Part shown: piece by piece, positions 33,230 to 41,580 of the stretch
Numbering within the stretch: position 1 is the first letter of the stretch
How the letters are laid out: every line of letters begins with the position of its first letter
From: an uncultured bacterium
Lineage (GTDB): Bacteria; Chlamydiota; Chlamydiia; Chlamydiales; SM23-39
Direction: 5' to 3'
DNA length: 41,580 bases
NCBI GenBank assembly: GCA_964405125.1
Contig: CAYOMT010000002.1
Span: 7,905-49,484, forward strand
Translations under genes and position numbers: made by a program
The notes under the pieces: generated by a model
What the model was told of the DNA's origin: nothing
Databases searched by the model: none
What the model saw: the letters and a program-made list of their open reading frames with translations, nothing else

Positions 33230-33954
33230 TTTTCTTCGAGTTTTTGAAGCGTTCCCTCGGCTTTTAATTCTTCGATAGCTATGCGGATTTGTTTGATGAG
33301 CTGAAGGTTGTTTTTATTCATCCCGATTCCCTTGCCAATTGTCCAATCGGCTTTTTCCAAGGGAACTTCGAGGAGTTGGATCTCAGGAAATTGATTTTGG
33401 AGGACTTTTGCGACTTTAGGCTCGATGAAGGCTGCCTCCGATTTTTTGTATTGCAGATCCATGATGATTTCGGTCGTATTTTCTAAGGATTTGTAGGCAA
33501 AGTTAGGGATCTTTCGCAAATAGTCCTCTTCGCAAGTCCCTGTCATGACAGCCACGGTATTCAGATCTTTCGGGTGATTGACTCCAGAAGGCTTTTCTCC
33601 CCAAAATAGAAGGTAGAGCGAAGTGATGAGATCTCCTTGGTAAGGAATCATTTCGATTTCTTTTTGACGTGAAGGGGTGATGCTCATTCCTGCCAAGACA
33701 AGATCCACTTTGTTTTGTTTTAGCGCTAAAATCAAAGCGGTGAAACCAAATTGCTTAATGACTAGTTTTTTATTTAATTTGTCCGCAATTGCATTGGCTA
33801 CATCGATATCGAATCCTTCGCACTTTCCATCGGAACCGATCCGCTCGTAGGGTGAATAGGATGGATCTGTTCCTAGAACAAGCGTTTTTGGATCCGGAGC
33901 ATTGCTACTGCATGCCGAAAGTAAAAGAATAAGGCTTAAAAGTATAATTTTCAT
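33220..33954 (-). CDS. Amino-acid ABC transporter substrate-binding lipoprotein (family 3 SBP, ArtJ-like)
   Basis: Lipobox MKIILLSLILLLSAC. Motifs: GFDIDVANAIADKLNKKL and DLVLAGMSITPSRQKEIEMIPY are typical of family 3 solute-binding proteins. Confidence 0.85.
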   Translation of the reverse strand: MKIILLSLILLLSACSSNAPDPKTLVLGTDPSYSPYERIGSDGKCEGFDIDVANAIADKLNKKLVIKQFGFTALILALKQNKVDLVLAGMSITPSRQKEIEMIPYQGDLITSLYLLFWGEKPSGVNHPKDLNTVAVMTGTCEEDYLRKIPNFAYKSLENTTEIIMDLQYKKSEAAFIEPKVAKVLQNQFPEIQLLEVPLEKADWTIGKGIGMNKNNLQLIKQIRIAIEELKAEGTLQKLEEKWM

Positions 33955-33960
33955 AATTGA

Positions 33961-34725
33961 TTAGATTTTCCCTTCCCCGCATAGTTCAATTTCGTCTTTT
34001 CGAAAAATAATTTTTAAGGGTCCGCCCGGCGTTATGACGTGGATGGTGCCGAGATCCCCTCGCCCTTTAAGGACTGTTGCAGCGCAGGAAATCGAGCCTG
34101 TCCCGCAAGATTTCGTGAGTCTTTGAACGCCCCTTTCATAGGTTTTGACTGCAATTGTGTCATTTCCCAAAAAGTGGTAGGCATTGACATTGATCCCGAG
34201 CGGAAACTGCTCTTTTTTGCAATTGAGCTTTCTTCCGATCGAGAAAAGCGCCTCGTCGCTCATTGGCTCTTCTATGACAAGGTGAGGTTCTATGGCTTCT
34301 ACATATTGAAAAGAATCGAGCCCCTCATTTGAGGCGATGAATTTTGGATTCAAGGTAAAATGGACGGGAGGAAGTGTTACGGAAAACTGATTATCTCCCA
34401 ATTTGGCAAGCCGATGAAGATATTTCCCCGTTCTTAAGAAAAGCGATGGATACATTCCATAATGAGCAAATAAATAAGCGGCCGAGGCGCGAGCTCCATT
34501 GCCGCAGTATTCTCCAAGAGTTCCATCGAGCCCCAGTACAACCATTTGCGCCGAAAAAGAGTTTCCCGATTTGCGCTGATCGATAAGAATCAGGGCGTCA
34601 TCTCTATTCGCCTCTTTCAATTGCTTGTGAGCCAAATTTAGCATTTCTTTATCCAAATGAGGAAGATCTAAGCAATCAAAAAGGATAAATGTATTCTGGC
34701 AGGCTTCGGCAAAATATTGTTTCAT
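33961..34725 (-). CDS. dapF: Diaminopimelate epimerase
   Basis: NTFILFD at the N-terminus, and the two catalytic Cys motifs YCGNGARASAAYL and KSCGTGSISCAA. 254 aa. Confidence 0.85.
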   Translation of the reverse strand: MKQYFAEACQNTFILFDCLDLPHLDKEMLNLAHKQLKEANRDDALILIDQRKSGNSFSAQMVVLGLDGTLGEYCGNGARASAAYLFAHYGMYPSLFLRTGKYLHRLAKLGDNQFSVTLPPVHFTLNPKFIASNEGLDSFQYVEAIEPHLVIEEPMSDEALFSIGRKLNCKKEQFPLGINVNAYHFLGNDTIAVKTYERGVQRLTKSCGTGSISCAATVLKGRGDLGTIHVITPGGPLKIIFRKDEIELCGEGKI

Positions 34726-34772
34726 GGGGATAGAGGGGAATATTTTACAGATTGCAGAGGAAAAAAGTCAAT

Positions 34773-36224
34773 TTATAAGAGGGAGATTTTCTTACGAAGT
34801 AAATCAACGACAACTTGCGGCGAGGCTTTCCCTTGCGTAAGCTTCATCACTTGTCCCACGAGATAAGCAAAGGCCCTCTCCCTTCCCGCTTTAAAATCAG
34901 AGACCGATTGTTCGTTTTCTTTCAAGACTCTATCCACGAGAGGGTCGAGTGTTTCTGAATCGCTAAGCGGTTGATAATTAGGGTTTTGCGATACAATTTC
35001 CTCTGGATCGAGCAGGGGATTTATGAGCATTTCGTCAGCGACGGCTTTTGCAATGGGGCCTGTGATTTTATTTCCTTCGATCATATTGACGAGTTTTGCA
35101 ATGTAGAGGGGAGGGATCCCGATGTCGAGTAGAGATTTATTTAAAGGTTTTAACCGCCCGGCAAATTCTACCGTGATCCAATTGCAGAGCAATCGGGGGT
35201 GGGGGCAAAGTTTGAGAGCGCTTTCAAAGTAGTCGGAGAGAACCTTGTCTTGGATGAGGGATTCTGCAGCGTATTCGGTGAGCCCAAGATCCGAGGTGTA
35301 GCGCCTTAGCCTTGCATTCGGAAGTTCAGGGAGGTGATTTTTGAGATGATCGAGATAGCTTTGAGTGAGGACGATGGGGGCTAGGTCGGGTTCGGGGAAA
35401 TAACGGTAGTCTTCGGCGCTTTCTTTTGAGCGCATGAGGACCGTTTTTTTTGTCTCTTGATCCCAGCGATAGGTTCCCGGGGGGACGAGGGAAAGAAACG
35501 GAGTTTCGGGGTTGGTTTTGTAAAGATGGATTTGCCTTTCGACTTCGGCGTTGATTGCCATTTCAAGAAACGTAAAGGAGTTGAGGTTTTTGATCTCTAC
35601 CCTGGGACGCAAGGTTTTTTCTCCCTTTGGACGAACGGAAATATTTGCGTCCATTCTCAAACTTCCTTCTTCCATGTTTCCGTCGGATATGTCGAGATAA
35701 AGGGCGATATCTCGCATTGCCATCGCATAGCTTACAGCCTGTTTTGCGCTGTGGATGCACGGTTTTGAAACAACTTCAATCAAAGGACATCCTGCGCGAT
35801 TATAGTCAATCCCTGCAAAGGAGCTGAAATGTTTTAGCATGCCGGTATCGTCTTCTAGATGCGCTCTTTCGACTTCAAATGTATGCGATACGCCTTCTAT
35901 GTGAGTTGTGATTTGCCCGCCAACGATAATTGGGTTTTCGTATTGCGTGATTTGGAAATTGCGGGGAGAATCGGGATAGAAATACGATTTTCGATCAAAT
36001 GTGCTGAAAAAAGAGATTTTTGATCCGATCGCAAGACCAAAACAAACGGCTTTTTCGACCGCTTTTTTGTTGAGTATCGGCAAAGATCCGGGCTGTCCTG
36101 TGCAAATTGTTGCAATATTGACATTGGGCTCATCGCCAAAGTGGTTTGGCGCCGGACTAAAAAGCTTTGTCTTTGTATTGAGCTGGATATGAATTTCTAG
36201 ACCGATGACAGGTTCCCAATTCAT
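34773..36224 (-). CDS. gatB: Asp/Glu-tRNA amidotransferase subunit B
   Basis: Motifs: VIGLEIHIQLNT, FDRKSYFYPDSPRNFQITQY, HLEDDTGMLKH, and NWITVEFAGR, plus a C-terminal YqeY-like tail. ATGA-type overlap with the gatA stop (36221-36224). Confidence 0.95.
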   Translation of the reverse strand: MNWEPVIGLEIHIQLNTKTKLFSPAPNHFGDEPNVNIATICTGQPGSLPILNKKAVEKAVCFGLAIGSKISFFSTFDRKSYFYPDSPRNFQITQYENPIIVGGQITTHIEGVSHTFEVERAHLEDDTGMLKHFSSFAGIDYNRAGCPLIEVVSKPCIHSAKQAVSYAMAMRDIALYLDISDGNMEEGSLRMDANISVRPKGEKTLRPRVEIKNLNSFTFLEMAINAEVERQIHLYKTNPETPFLSLVPPGTYRWDQETKKTVLMRSKESAEDYRYFPEPDLAPIVLTQSYLDHLKNHLPELPNARLRRYTSDLGLTEYAAESLIQDKVLSDYFESALKLCPHPRLLCNWITVEFAGRLKPLNKSLLDIGIPPLYIAKLVNMIEGNKITGPIAKAVADEMLINPLLDPEEIVSQNPNYQPLSDSETLDPLVDRVLKENEQSVSDFKAGRERAFAYLVGQVMKLTQGKASPQVVVDLLRKKISLL

Positions 36225-37684
36225 AGCGCTGCCTCGTAATTTGGAGGGATTTTTGTATGACCGCTTATTTGTTCAAAAGCATAGGCATACTGCATGACGG
36301 AGACATCGCAAAGAGGAGGGCCAATGATTTGAAGTCCTAGAGGAAGTCCTTTTGCATCGAAGCCGGAAGGGACGCTGATGGCGGGAAGGCCTGCCAAATT
36401 CGCGGGGATTGTGAAAATATCTTGGAGATAAAGTTTCACAGGATCATTCATCGAGCCTCCTTCAAAAGCTCCGCCCGGGGCTGTTGGCATGAGAATCGCA
36501 TCGCAGAGATTGAAGATGGCATCAAAGGCTTGGATCATGAGGGTTCGCACCTGTTGGGCTTTTTTATAATAGGCGTCCTTGTATCCGGAAGAAAGGACGA
36601 AGGTCCCAAGTAAAATTCTTCTTTTGACCTCGAGCCCGAATCCATCTCTTCGGGAAAAATCGTAAATATCGTCGAGGTTTTTTATATTTTTGGCGCGCAT
36701 TCCGTAGCGGATGCCGTCGAATCGAGCTAAATTGGTGGAAGCTTCCGCTGTCGCAAGAATGTAGTATACGGCAATGGAGTATTTGGCAATTTCAAGATCG
36801 ACGTCGATAATTTTTGCGCCGCTTTCCTTGATCCTGTCGATCGATTTTAGGAAATTTGCTTTCGCATCCGGCTGCATTTGCTCGAGAAATGAGTAGGGAA
36901 CCCCAAATGTTGTTTCTTTGAAATGGGGATGCAAAGAGTATGTTTCGGGAGGAAGATCGAGACATGTTGCGTCATGGGGGCAGTTTTTTCCGATGACTTC
37001 CATTGTCAAAGCTGTATCGGCAACGCAAGTTGCCATCGGGCCGATTTGATCGAGAGAGGAGCCAAATGCGACAAGTCCATAGCGGGAGACTCTGCCGTAT
37101 GACGGTTTGAATCCAACAATCCCCGTGAGCGCTGCCGGTTGGCGGATGGAGCCGCCCGTATCGCTGCCCGTTGCAATGAGGCTTAGGCGCGCTGCAACGG
37201 CTGCGGCAGAACCTCCCGAAGAACCTCCGGGAACTCGTTTGAGATCCCAAGGATTGTGGGTCGGGAAATAGGCTGAATTTTCTGTGGAAGAGCCCATGGC
37301 GAATTCATCGAGGTTGGTTTTGCCGATGAGAAGGGCGTCTTCTTGCTCCATGAGCCGCACGACCGTGGCATCGAAGAGAGCTTTATAGTTTCCTAAAAAT
37401 TTGGAGGCGCAGGTCGTTTTTTCTCCCTTGATATGCATATTGTCTTTAATGGCAACGGGGATTGCGGCCATTTTTCCGAGAGGTTTGTTATGGGCCCTTT
37501 TTCTATCCAATTCTTCTGCTTTTTGCAAGACAGTGGGTTCGAGGACCGAAAGAAAGGCCCGAATTTTGGGGTCGAATACTTCAATTCGCTTGAGAAAATA
37601 TTTCGCAATGGAAACGGCTTTGATGTCGCCTTGAAGGAAGGCATTGCGCAAGTGAATTGCGCTCATGTGATGAAGATTCTCCAT
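36221..37684 (-). CDS. gatA: Asp/Glu-tRNA amidotransferase subunit A
   Basis: Amidase signature GGSSGGSAAAVAA, plus PVAIKDNMHIKGEKTTCASK and TNLDEFAMGSSTENS. 487 aa. Confidence 0.95.
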   Translation of the reverse strand: MENLHHMSAIHLRNAFLQGDIKAVSIAKYFLKRIEVFDPKIRAFLSVLEPTVLQKAEELDRKRAHNKPLGKMAAIPVAIKDNMHIKGEKTTCASKFLGNYKALFDATVVRLMEQEDALLIGKTNLDEFAMGSSTENSAYFPTHNPWDLKRVPGGSSGGSAAAVAARLSLIATGSDTGGSIRQPAALTGIVGFKPSYGRVSRYGLVAFGSSLDQIGPMATCVADTALTMEVIGKNCPHDATCLDLPPETYSLHPHFKETTFGVPYSFLEQMQPDAKANFLKSIDRIKESGAKIIDVDLEIAKYSIAVYYILATAEASTNLARFDGIRYGMRAKNIKNLDDIYDFSRRDGFGLEVKRRILLGTFVLSSGYKDAYYKKAQQVRTLMIQAFDAIFNLCDAILMPTAPGGAFEGGSMNDPVKLYLQDIFTIPANLAGLPAISVPSGFDAKGLPLGLQIIGPPLCDVSVMQYAYAFEQISGHTKIPPNYEAAL

Positions 37685-37740
37685 GAGCCCGAATTATATA
37701 TTTCTTGAAATTAGAAGTCTATCCCGTGTTCGAAAGAGGT

Positions 37741-39423
37741 CTATTCTGTGGAGCGCATGAGAAGGCCCATCAAGGCATATCGGTTTTGCGGATTGCCATG
37801 CTGCACAGCATTTAAAAGAAGAGAAATGCTCTTCTCATCCCTTCTATTTGCAATCGCGAGGAATGAATCGATCAAAAGTTTCGACGTTTCTTCGGCAGAA
37901 AGAGTGTAATCGGATTGGTCCATTCGATATTTCCAAGGAAGCAACGGGCGCAAACGAATGAGCTCCCCATTTTTCTGTGTATTGACCCAGTGATTGATGT
38001 ATTCCTCGTAAGGCCCTTCTATTTTCAGGCGGTAAAGAGAGAGGTAGCAATAGTCTCGGATCAGGGGAGAGGAGATTTTTTTTGTCCCTTCTTTCAACAA
38101 TTGAATGGCTCGATCCGTTCTTAGGTTTTCCAAAAGAGAGATCGTCGTTGGAACAAGGTCGTTTTGCTGTTTTTGAAAGATCGTCATCGCCAGTTTTAAA
38201 AACGCTTCTTCCGGCAGATGGATTGCCTCTCTCAAGAAATGTTCGCGCAAGGCCATCGAATAGCTTAAATCAATTGTCGGATCTTTTGCCCGCAGCTCTG
38301 CGGAAGGAACCGCTTTGAATGCGGAGAGAGTTCTCCCGAGAGACCCCATCGGATGAAAGGCGAAATCGCGCGAGTCGCTGATGAGGATTTCGCAAAGAGT
38401 TGGCAAGCACCTAGGATCTCTTCTTTGCAGTAGGGCAAGAGCCGCATTCATTTTGACTTGAAAATCGTGAGATTCGAGGAGTTCAGCGAGCGTTTCCTCA
38501 GAACCTGCCACAGACCCAAGACTCAATATCGCAAAAAGATAATGGTGGTTTGCCATGTCGATGATTTCGGGGACGGCGCTTCGATCTCCTAGCTGCAGCA
38601 AAGCAAGCGCCGCCGCAAGACGGATCGAATCCACAGGAGAGTGCGAGAGTTTTTTGAGTTTTTGGAGAGACGAACTATCTTTTAATGCGCCGATCGCAAA
38701 TAGAGTCGCCTCAATCTCTGCGATATGGGAATGGGAAAGCCTTCTTCGCAGCATCGGAAGAAAATCGTCCCTTCCCAGCTTTGCGACATTCAAAATCGAT
38801 TCGATCCGCACCTGCGGATCCGGGTCTTCGATAAGCCTTTTTAAAGCCGCCGTAGCATCGCTTGTCCCAAGAAGGGCAAAAAAAGAGGGGAAGTAGGGCT
38901 TAAAAACCGGGGGCAGGCGGAACATGAGTCCTTCGATTTGTCCCACCGCATGGGGATGCTTCCTCTGCGACATATAAAAGGCAGCTTCCATGCGCGTCGA
39001 GAGGTAATCCGAGCTCATCGCCCGATTCAAGAGATCGTTTGTTTTATCGTCTTCAAATTGCGCGATGAAGTGCAAGCTAAGTAGCTGCACTTGCGGATCG
39101 GGATGATCCATCCCTTTTTCAATGATTTCAAGAGCCCCCGAGGAACCCGAGATGCCGGCTCCGAAAAGGGTCATGAGAAAGGTTTGGGGATCTTGCGTTT
39201 GGATCCCCTTTTGGAGCATGATCAGCCCCATTTGCTGGAGCGTCTCAAAGTCGTATCTTCCTGCACTCCGGCAGTATTGCTGATAGCGGTCGAGGGCAGA
39301 TTCTACCTCATTGTTTTGCATGAGGAAGAGGGCATGCATTTTTGTTTCTTCGTTTGCCGAAAGTCCAAAAAATGCCTGCACCCACACTACGCCAATAATA
39401 CAGCGCAAGGGAAAATAGGTCAT
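37741..39423 (-). CDS. HEAT-repeat (PBS-lyase-type) protein with an N-terminal signal-like segment
   Basis: Repeated helical units with D/HPDPQVR-type turns: HPDPQVQLLSLHFIAQF, DPDPQVRIESILNVAKLG, SPVDSIRLAAALALLQLGDRSAVPEI, and VKMNAALALLQRRDPRCLPTL. The N-terminus is MTYFPLRCIIGVVWVQAFFGLSA. Confidence 0.65.
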   Translation of the reverse strand: MTYFPLRCIIGVVWVQAFFGLSANEETKMHALFLMQNNEVESALDRYQQYCRSAGRYDFETLQQMGLIMLQKGIQTQDPQTFLMTLFGAGISGSSGALEIIEKGMDHPDPQVQLLSLHFIAQFEDDKTNDLLNRAMSSDYLSTRMEAAFYMSQRKHPHAVGQIEGLMFRLPPVFKPYFPSFFALLGTSDATAALKRLIEDPDPQVRIESILNVAKLGRDDFLPMLRRRLSHSHIAEIEATLFAIGALKDSSSLQKLKKLSHSPVDSIRLAAALALLQLGDRSAVPEIIDMANHHYLFAILSLGSVAGSEETLAELLESHDFQVKMNAALALLQRRDPRCLPTLCEILISDSRDFAFHPMGSLGRTLSAFKAVPSAELRAKDPTIDLSYSMALREHFLREAIHLPEEAFLKLAMTIFQKQQNDLVPTTISLLENLRTDRAIQLLKEGTKKISSPLIRDYCYLSLYRLKIEGPYEEYINHWVNTQKNGELIRLRPLLPWKYRMDQSDYTLSAEETSKLLIDSFLAIANRRDEKSISLLLNAVQHGNPQNRYALMGLLMRSTE

Positions 39424-39480
39424 AGATCATCTCTTTTCTATAACGCTACTTGAAAAAAAGATTTTTGAAAACAACCCGGT

Positions 39481-41397
39481 TTAGCCGGATTTTTTTTTCA
39501 GTTTTTTTCCGCCATTTGCAATCGGCGCGCTGCGCGCATTGAGATCGATCCAGATGGGCGAACTCCATGCAATATGGCCATCTTCCTGTCTCACGCGCAG
39601 ATAATAATAGGCAAAGGGAGGACGATTCAATGTATTTTCGAGCGCAATTTGCGTCAGAGAATCCATGTCGTCATACGCGATTTCCCATTTTTCATCTTTG
39701 ACATCAAATGATTTTAAGATCTTTCCATTGCGAATGAGAACCACTTCAGTCAAAGGAGAGGTTCCGATTGCATAGGCCGTAATGTGCCGATTGAATTCCA
39801 AACCGGGCCGGCTCTTTGTATCTATTTCCGAGCCCATATTTTGTCCGGCGATTTGCAAGCCCAACACGATCCTTTCTCCCGTTGTGGCATAACAAGATCT
39901 TGTTTGGATTGCTTCGATCAAAGAGGATCGATTGTGTTCTTTAGATAAAATGGCAGTCAGCCCTGCGGAATATTCTGTTTGCCCTTTTTCGGGGAGATTG
40001 TGGTAAATGCCTCGATCATCGTGGCCTCCTGCGACAAACCCAAATCGGTGTCCCATATTCAACGCTTTGATTAAAGAGCCTTCAGCCGTTTCAGAAATCC
40101 CATGGCGGCCTCCGGAAATCGGCCTTCTATTGCCTTCTTTGGCGGTGCACTCGGAAGAGCCCCAAGAGTTATAGATTTCTACGACCTTTTCAAATTCAGG
40201 ATTGAAATCCTCAAAGTTATAGCAGGTCTCTTTTCCCATCGTCATCATCGGAATCGCAATCAATTCTTTGGGATTATTCGTTTTAAAAATTTTCTTAAGA
40301 GAATTGTTCTTTGTGTCTTTTCGACGCAAGACCGGCTTGCCGTCTTTTGCGTAAATAAATTGGCGCAAGCCCTCTTCTTTGGGCTCTCCAAGCCATTGAA
40401 ATCCTTGGAATGCAACAAAACGGTCTTCTTCGTTGAATTCGGCAATTTGATTGGAGATCGATTTCCACGATTCATTCGACGTATCTTCTTCTGCTTCAAA
40501 ACAGGAAGTCGCGAAAAACTGGAGCGCTTTGTCATCGCGGACATGGCGAAGGAAGGCTTCGATATTTGCGCTCGATTTCACCCGATCCGATTCTCCGTGG
40601 AGCAATCCCCAGAAAAGGCTTAAGCCTGCTTCCGGAAGACATTTGATCGGAGGAGAGAAAAATGTTTCTTTCGATTTCAAATTGCGCAGCTGGATTCTGT
40701 AGATGCCCGGCTCATTAAAATAAAGATTCGGCAGAGCGATGAACCCGGTTTCCGGAACAAAGAGCTTCCAATTGAGATTTTCCCGCAAGTGCTCATAGCT
40801 TAAATCGATCAGAGTCCCTTCCGGAGCATTTGAAGTCAGATTCCCGTACATATCTTCAAAACGGACGATGATATCGAATCTTTTATTCCGATTCACAAGC
40901 GATGGCGCGATGATCCGCATGTGTTTGAGGTGGCCTCCGCGTACATCGAGGTAAAAAGTTTCGCTTTCCTTGTAATCGCCTTTGCCTTTTGGGTCGATAA
41001 AAAGGGTGAATGGGCGCTTTCTTTGGATGATTTTTTGGGAGAAGTTTCCTTTCTGCGCTTGGCTGCCATCCAAGGTTCCCATGTGAATGACGAGATGCTC
41101 CCCGGGCTTTACTTCTGTAGGAAGGGTGAATTCATAGGAAGGAGTCTTTTTCTGCGGGTGCTCTACTTCAGAGGCTCCAAAGATTTTTCCTTCCACTTCC
41201 GCCCAAATGAGGTTTTCTTTTTTCTTAAGATTTGTTTGCGGGATTTGCCAGTCTAGATTGGATCCATGGCTTTCGAGATCAAAGCGAAGTTTTGTTCCCT
41301 TCGGGAGGTGATTTGCTGTTGTATAGACAAATTTCCAATGGCCGACATCCCCGGCTAGGGCAACATTTGGTTCGCAATGACAGATCGACCGACGCAT
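39481..41397 (-). CDS. Large conserved hypothetical protein, DUF3604/PHP-like metallohydrolase-related (possibly degenerate)
   Basis: 638 aa. The blocks FWGLLHGESDR, IAIPMMTMGK...VVEIYNSWGSSEC, GFVAGGHDDRG, and the C-terminal YYLRVRQEDGHIAWSSPIWI follow the block order I recall for DUF3604/CehA-like proteins. This assignment is from memory only. Confidence 0.35.
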   Translation of the reverse strand: MRRSICHCEPNVALAGDVGHWKFVYTTANHLPKGTKLRFDLESHGSNLDWQIPQTNLKKKENLIWAEVEGKIFGASEVEHPQKKTPSYEFTLPTEVKPGEHLVIHMGTLDGSQAQKGNFSQKIIQRKRPFTLFIDPKGKGDYKESETFYLDVRGGHLKHMRIIAPSLVNRNKRFDIIVRFEDMYGNLTSNAPEGTLIDLSYEHLRENLNWKLFVPETGFIALPNLYFNEPGIYRIQLRNLKSKETFFSPPIKCLPEAGLSLFWGLLHGESDRVKSSANIEAFLRHVRDDKALQFFATSCFEAEEDTSNESWKSISNQIAEFNEEDRFVAFQGFQWLGEPKEEGLRQFIYAKDGKPVLRRKDTKNNSLKKIFKTNNPKELIAIPMMTMGKETCYNFEDFNPEFEKVVEIYNSWGSSECTAKEGNRRPISGGRHGISETAEGSLIKALNMGHRFGFVAGGHDDRGIYHNLPEKGQTEYSAGLTAILSKEHNRSSLIEAIQTRSCYATTGERIVLGLQIAGQNMGSEIDTKSRPGLEFNRHITAYAIGTSPLTEVVLIRNGKILKSFDVKDEKWEIAYDDMDSLTQIALENTLNRPPFAYYYLRVRQEDGHIAWSSPIWIDLNARSAPIANGGKKLKKKSG

Positions 41398-41580
41398 GAA
41401 TTCTCCTTGACTTAAGGAGTCTTATTTTGCCCTAGAATCCTTTGTTTGACAATCCAAATTTATGAAACCTCAGTTTTGGGTTCGTTTCGCTCAAATTCCA
41501 TGGTTATGAAAGGTCGATTCTCGGCTGGATTTTGATTTTTTTAATGGCCCTTTCATTGGAAGAAATCACTTCAAGATCAA

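Noticed and set aside
40102-40623. 173-aa plus-strand ORF, plus others antisense to 39481..41397.
   Set aside because: They are embedded antisense in a long 638-aa ORF and have low-complexity translations.
1-41580. A search by eye for tRNA, rRNA, CRISPR arrays and long tandem repeats.
   Set aside because: Intergenic regions are short (mostly under 240 nt) and contain no cloverleaf-like GC-rich segments, no regularly spaced direct repeats and no rRNA-like stretches. A tRNAscan or Infernal run would be needed to exclude small RNAs formally.

Overview
This window looks like a chromosomal segment from a chlamydia-like (PVC, probably amoeba-associated) bacterium. That placement rests on my recollection of chlamydial GatB, GatA, DapF and ArtJ-type sequences and needs a BLAST check. 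I call 38 protein-coding genes. I saw no rRNA, tRNA, CRISPR array, transposase or integrase. Left flank (1-8.9 kb): a small Ser-rich membrane protein, an RND efflux operon (outer-membrane factor, adaptor, pump; minus strand), a CPBP/CAAX intramembrane protease, and an orphan protein with a kinase-like catalytic core. Centre (9030-30895): a ~22 kb island of 23 consecutive genes. It holds three nucleotide-sugar enzymes (Gmd, a plant-type GDP-mannose 3,5-epimerase, an NDP-sugar dehydrogenase), about 10 glycosyltransferase-like proteins, and at least 9 methyltransferase domains, five of them FkbM-type. It has no recognisable priming transferase, flippase, polymerase or exporter. All 23 proteins, including the normally cytosolic nucleotide-sugar enzymes, begin with a short Sec-signal-like hydrophobic leader. 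The island is bracketed by two similar GGGAGGG/CCCTCCC hairpins, contains paralogous modules, shares a ~31-nt promoter-like element between two of its units, and is compositionally mosaic. I consider it the candidate undescribed system: an exported or membrane-tethered factory for a methylated GDP-hexose-derived glycan. Right flank (30.9-41.6 kb): a coiled-coil Pro/Lys-rich protein, a polar amino-acid ABC transporter (binding protein, permease, ATPase), dapF, gatB and gatA (no gatC in the usual upstream position), a HEAT-repeat protein, and a large DUF3604/PHP-like protein. All family assignments come from motifs read by eye. No searches were run.
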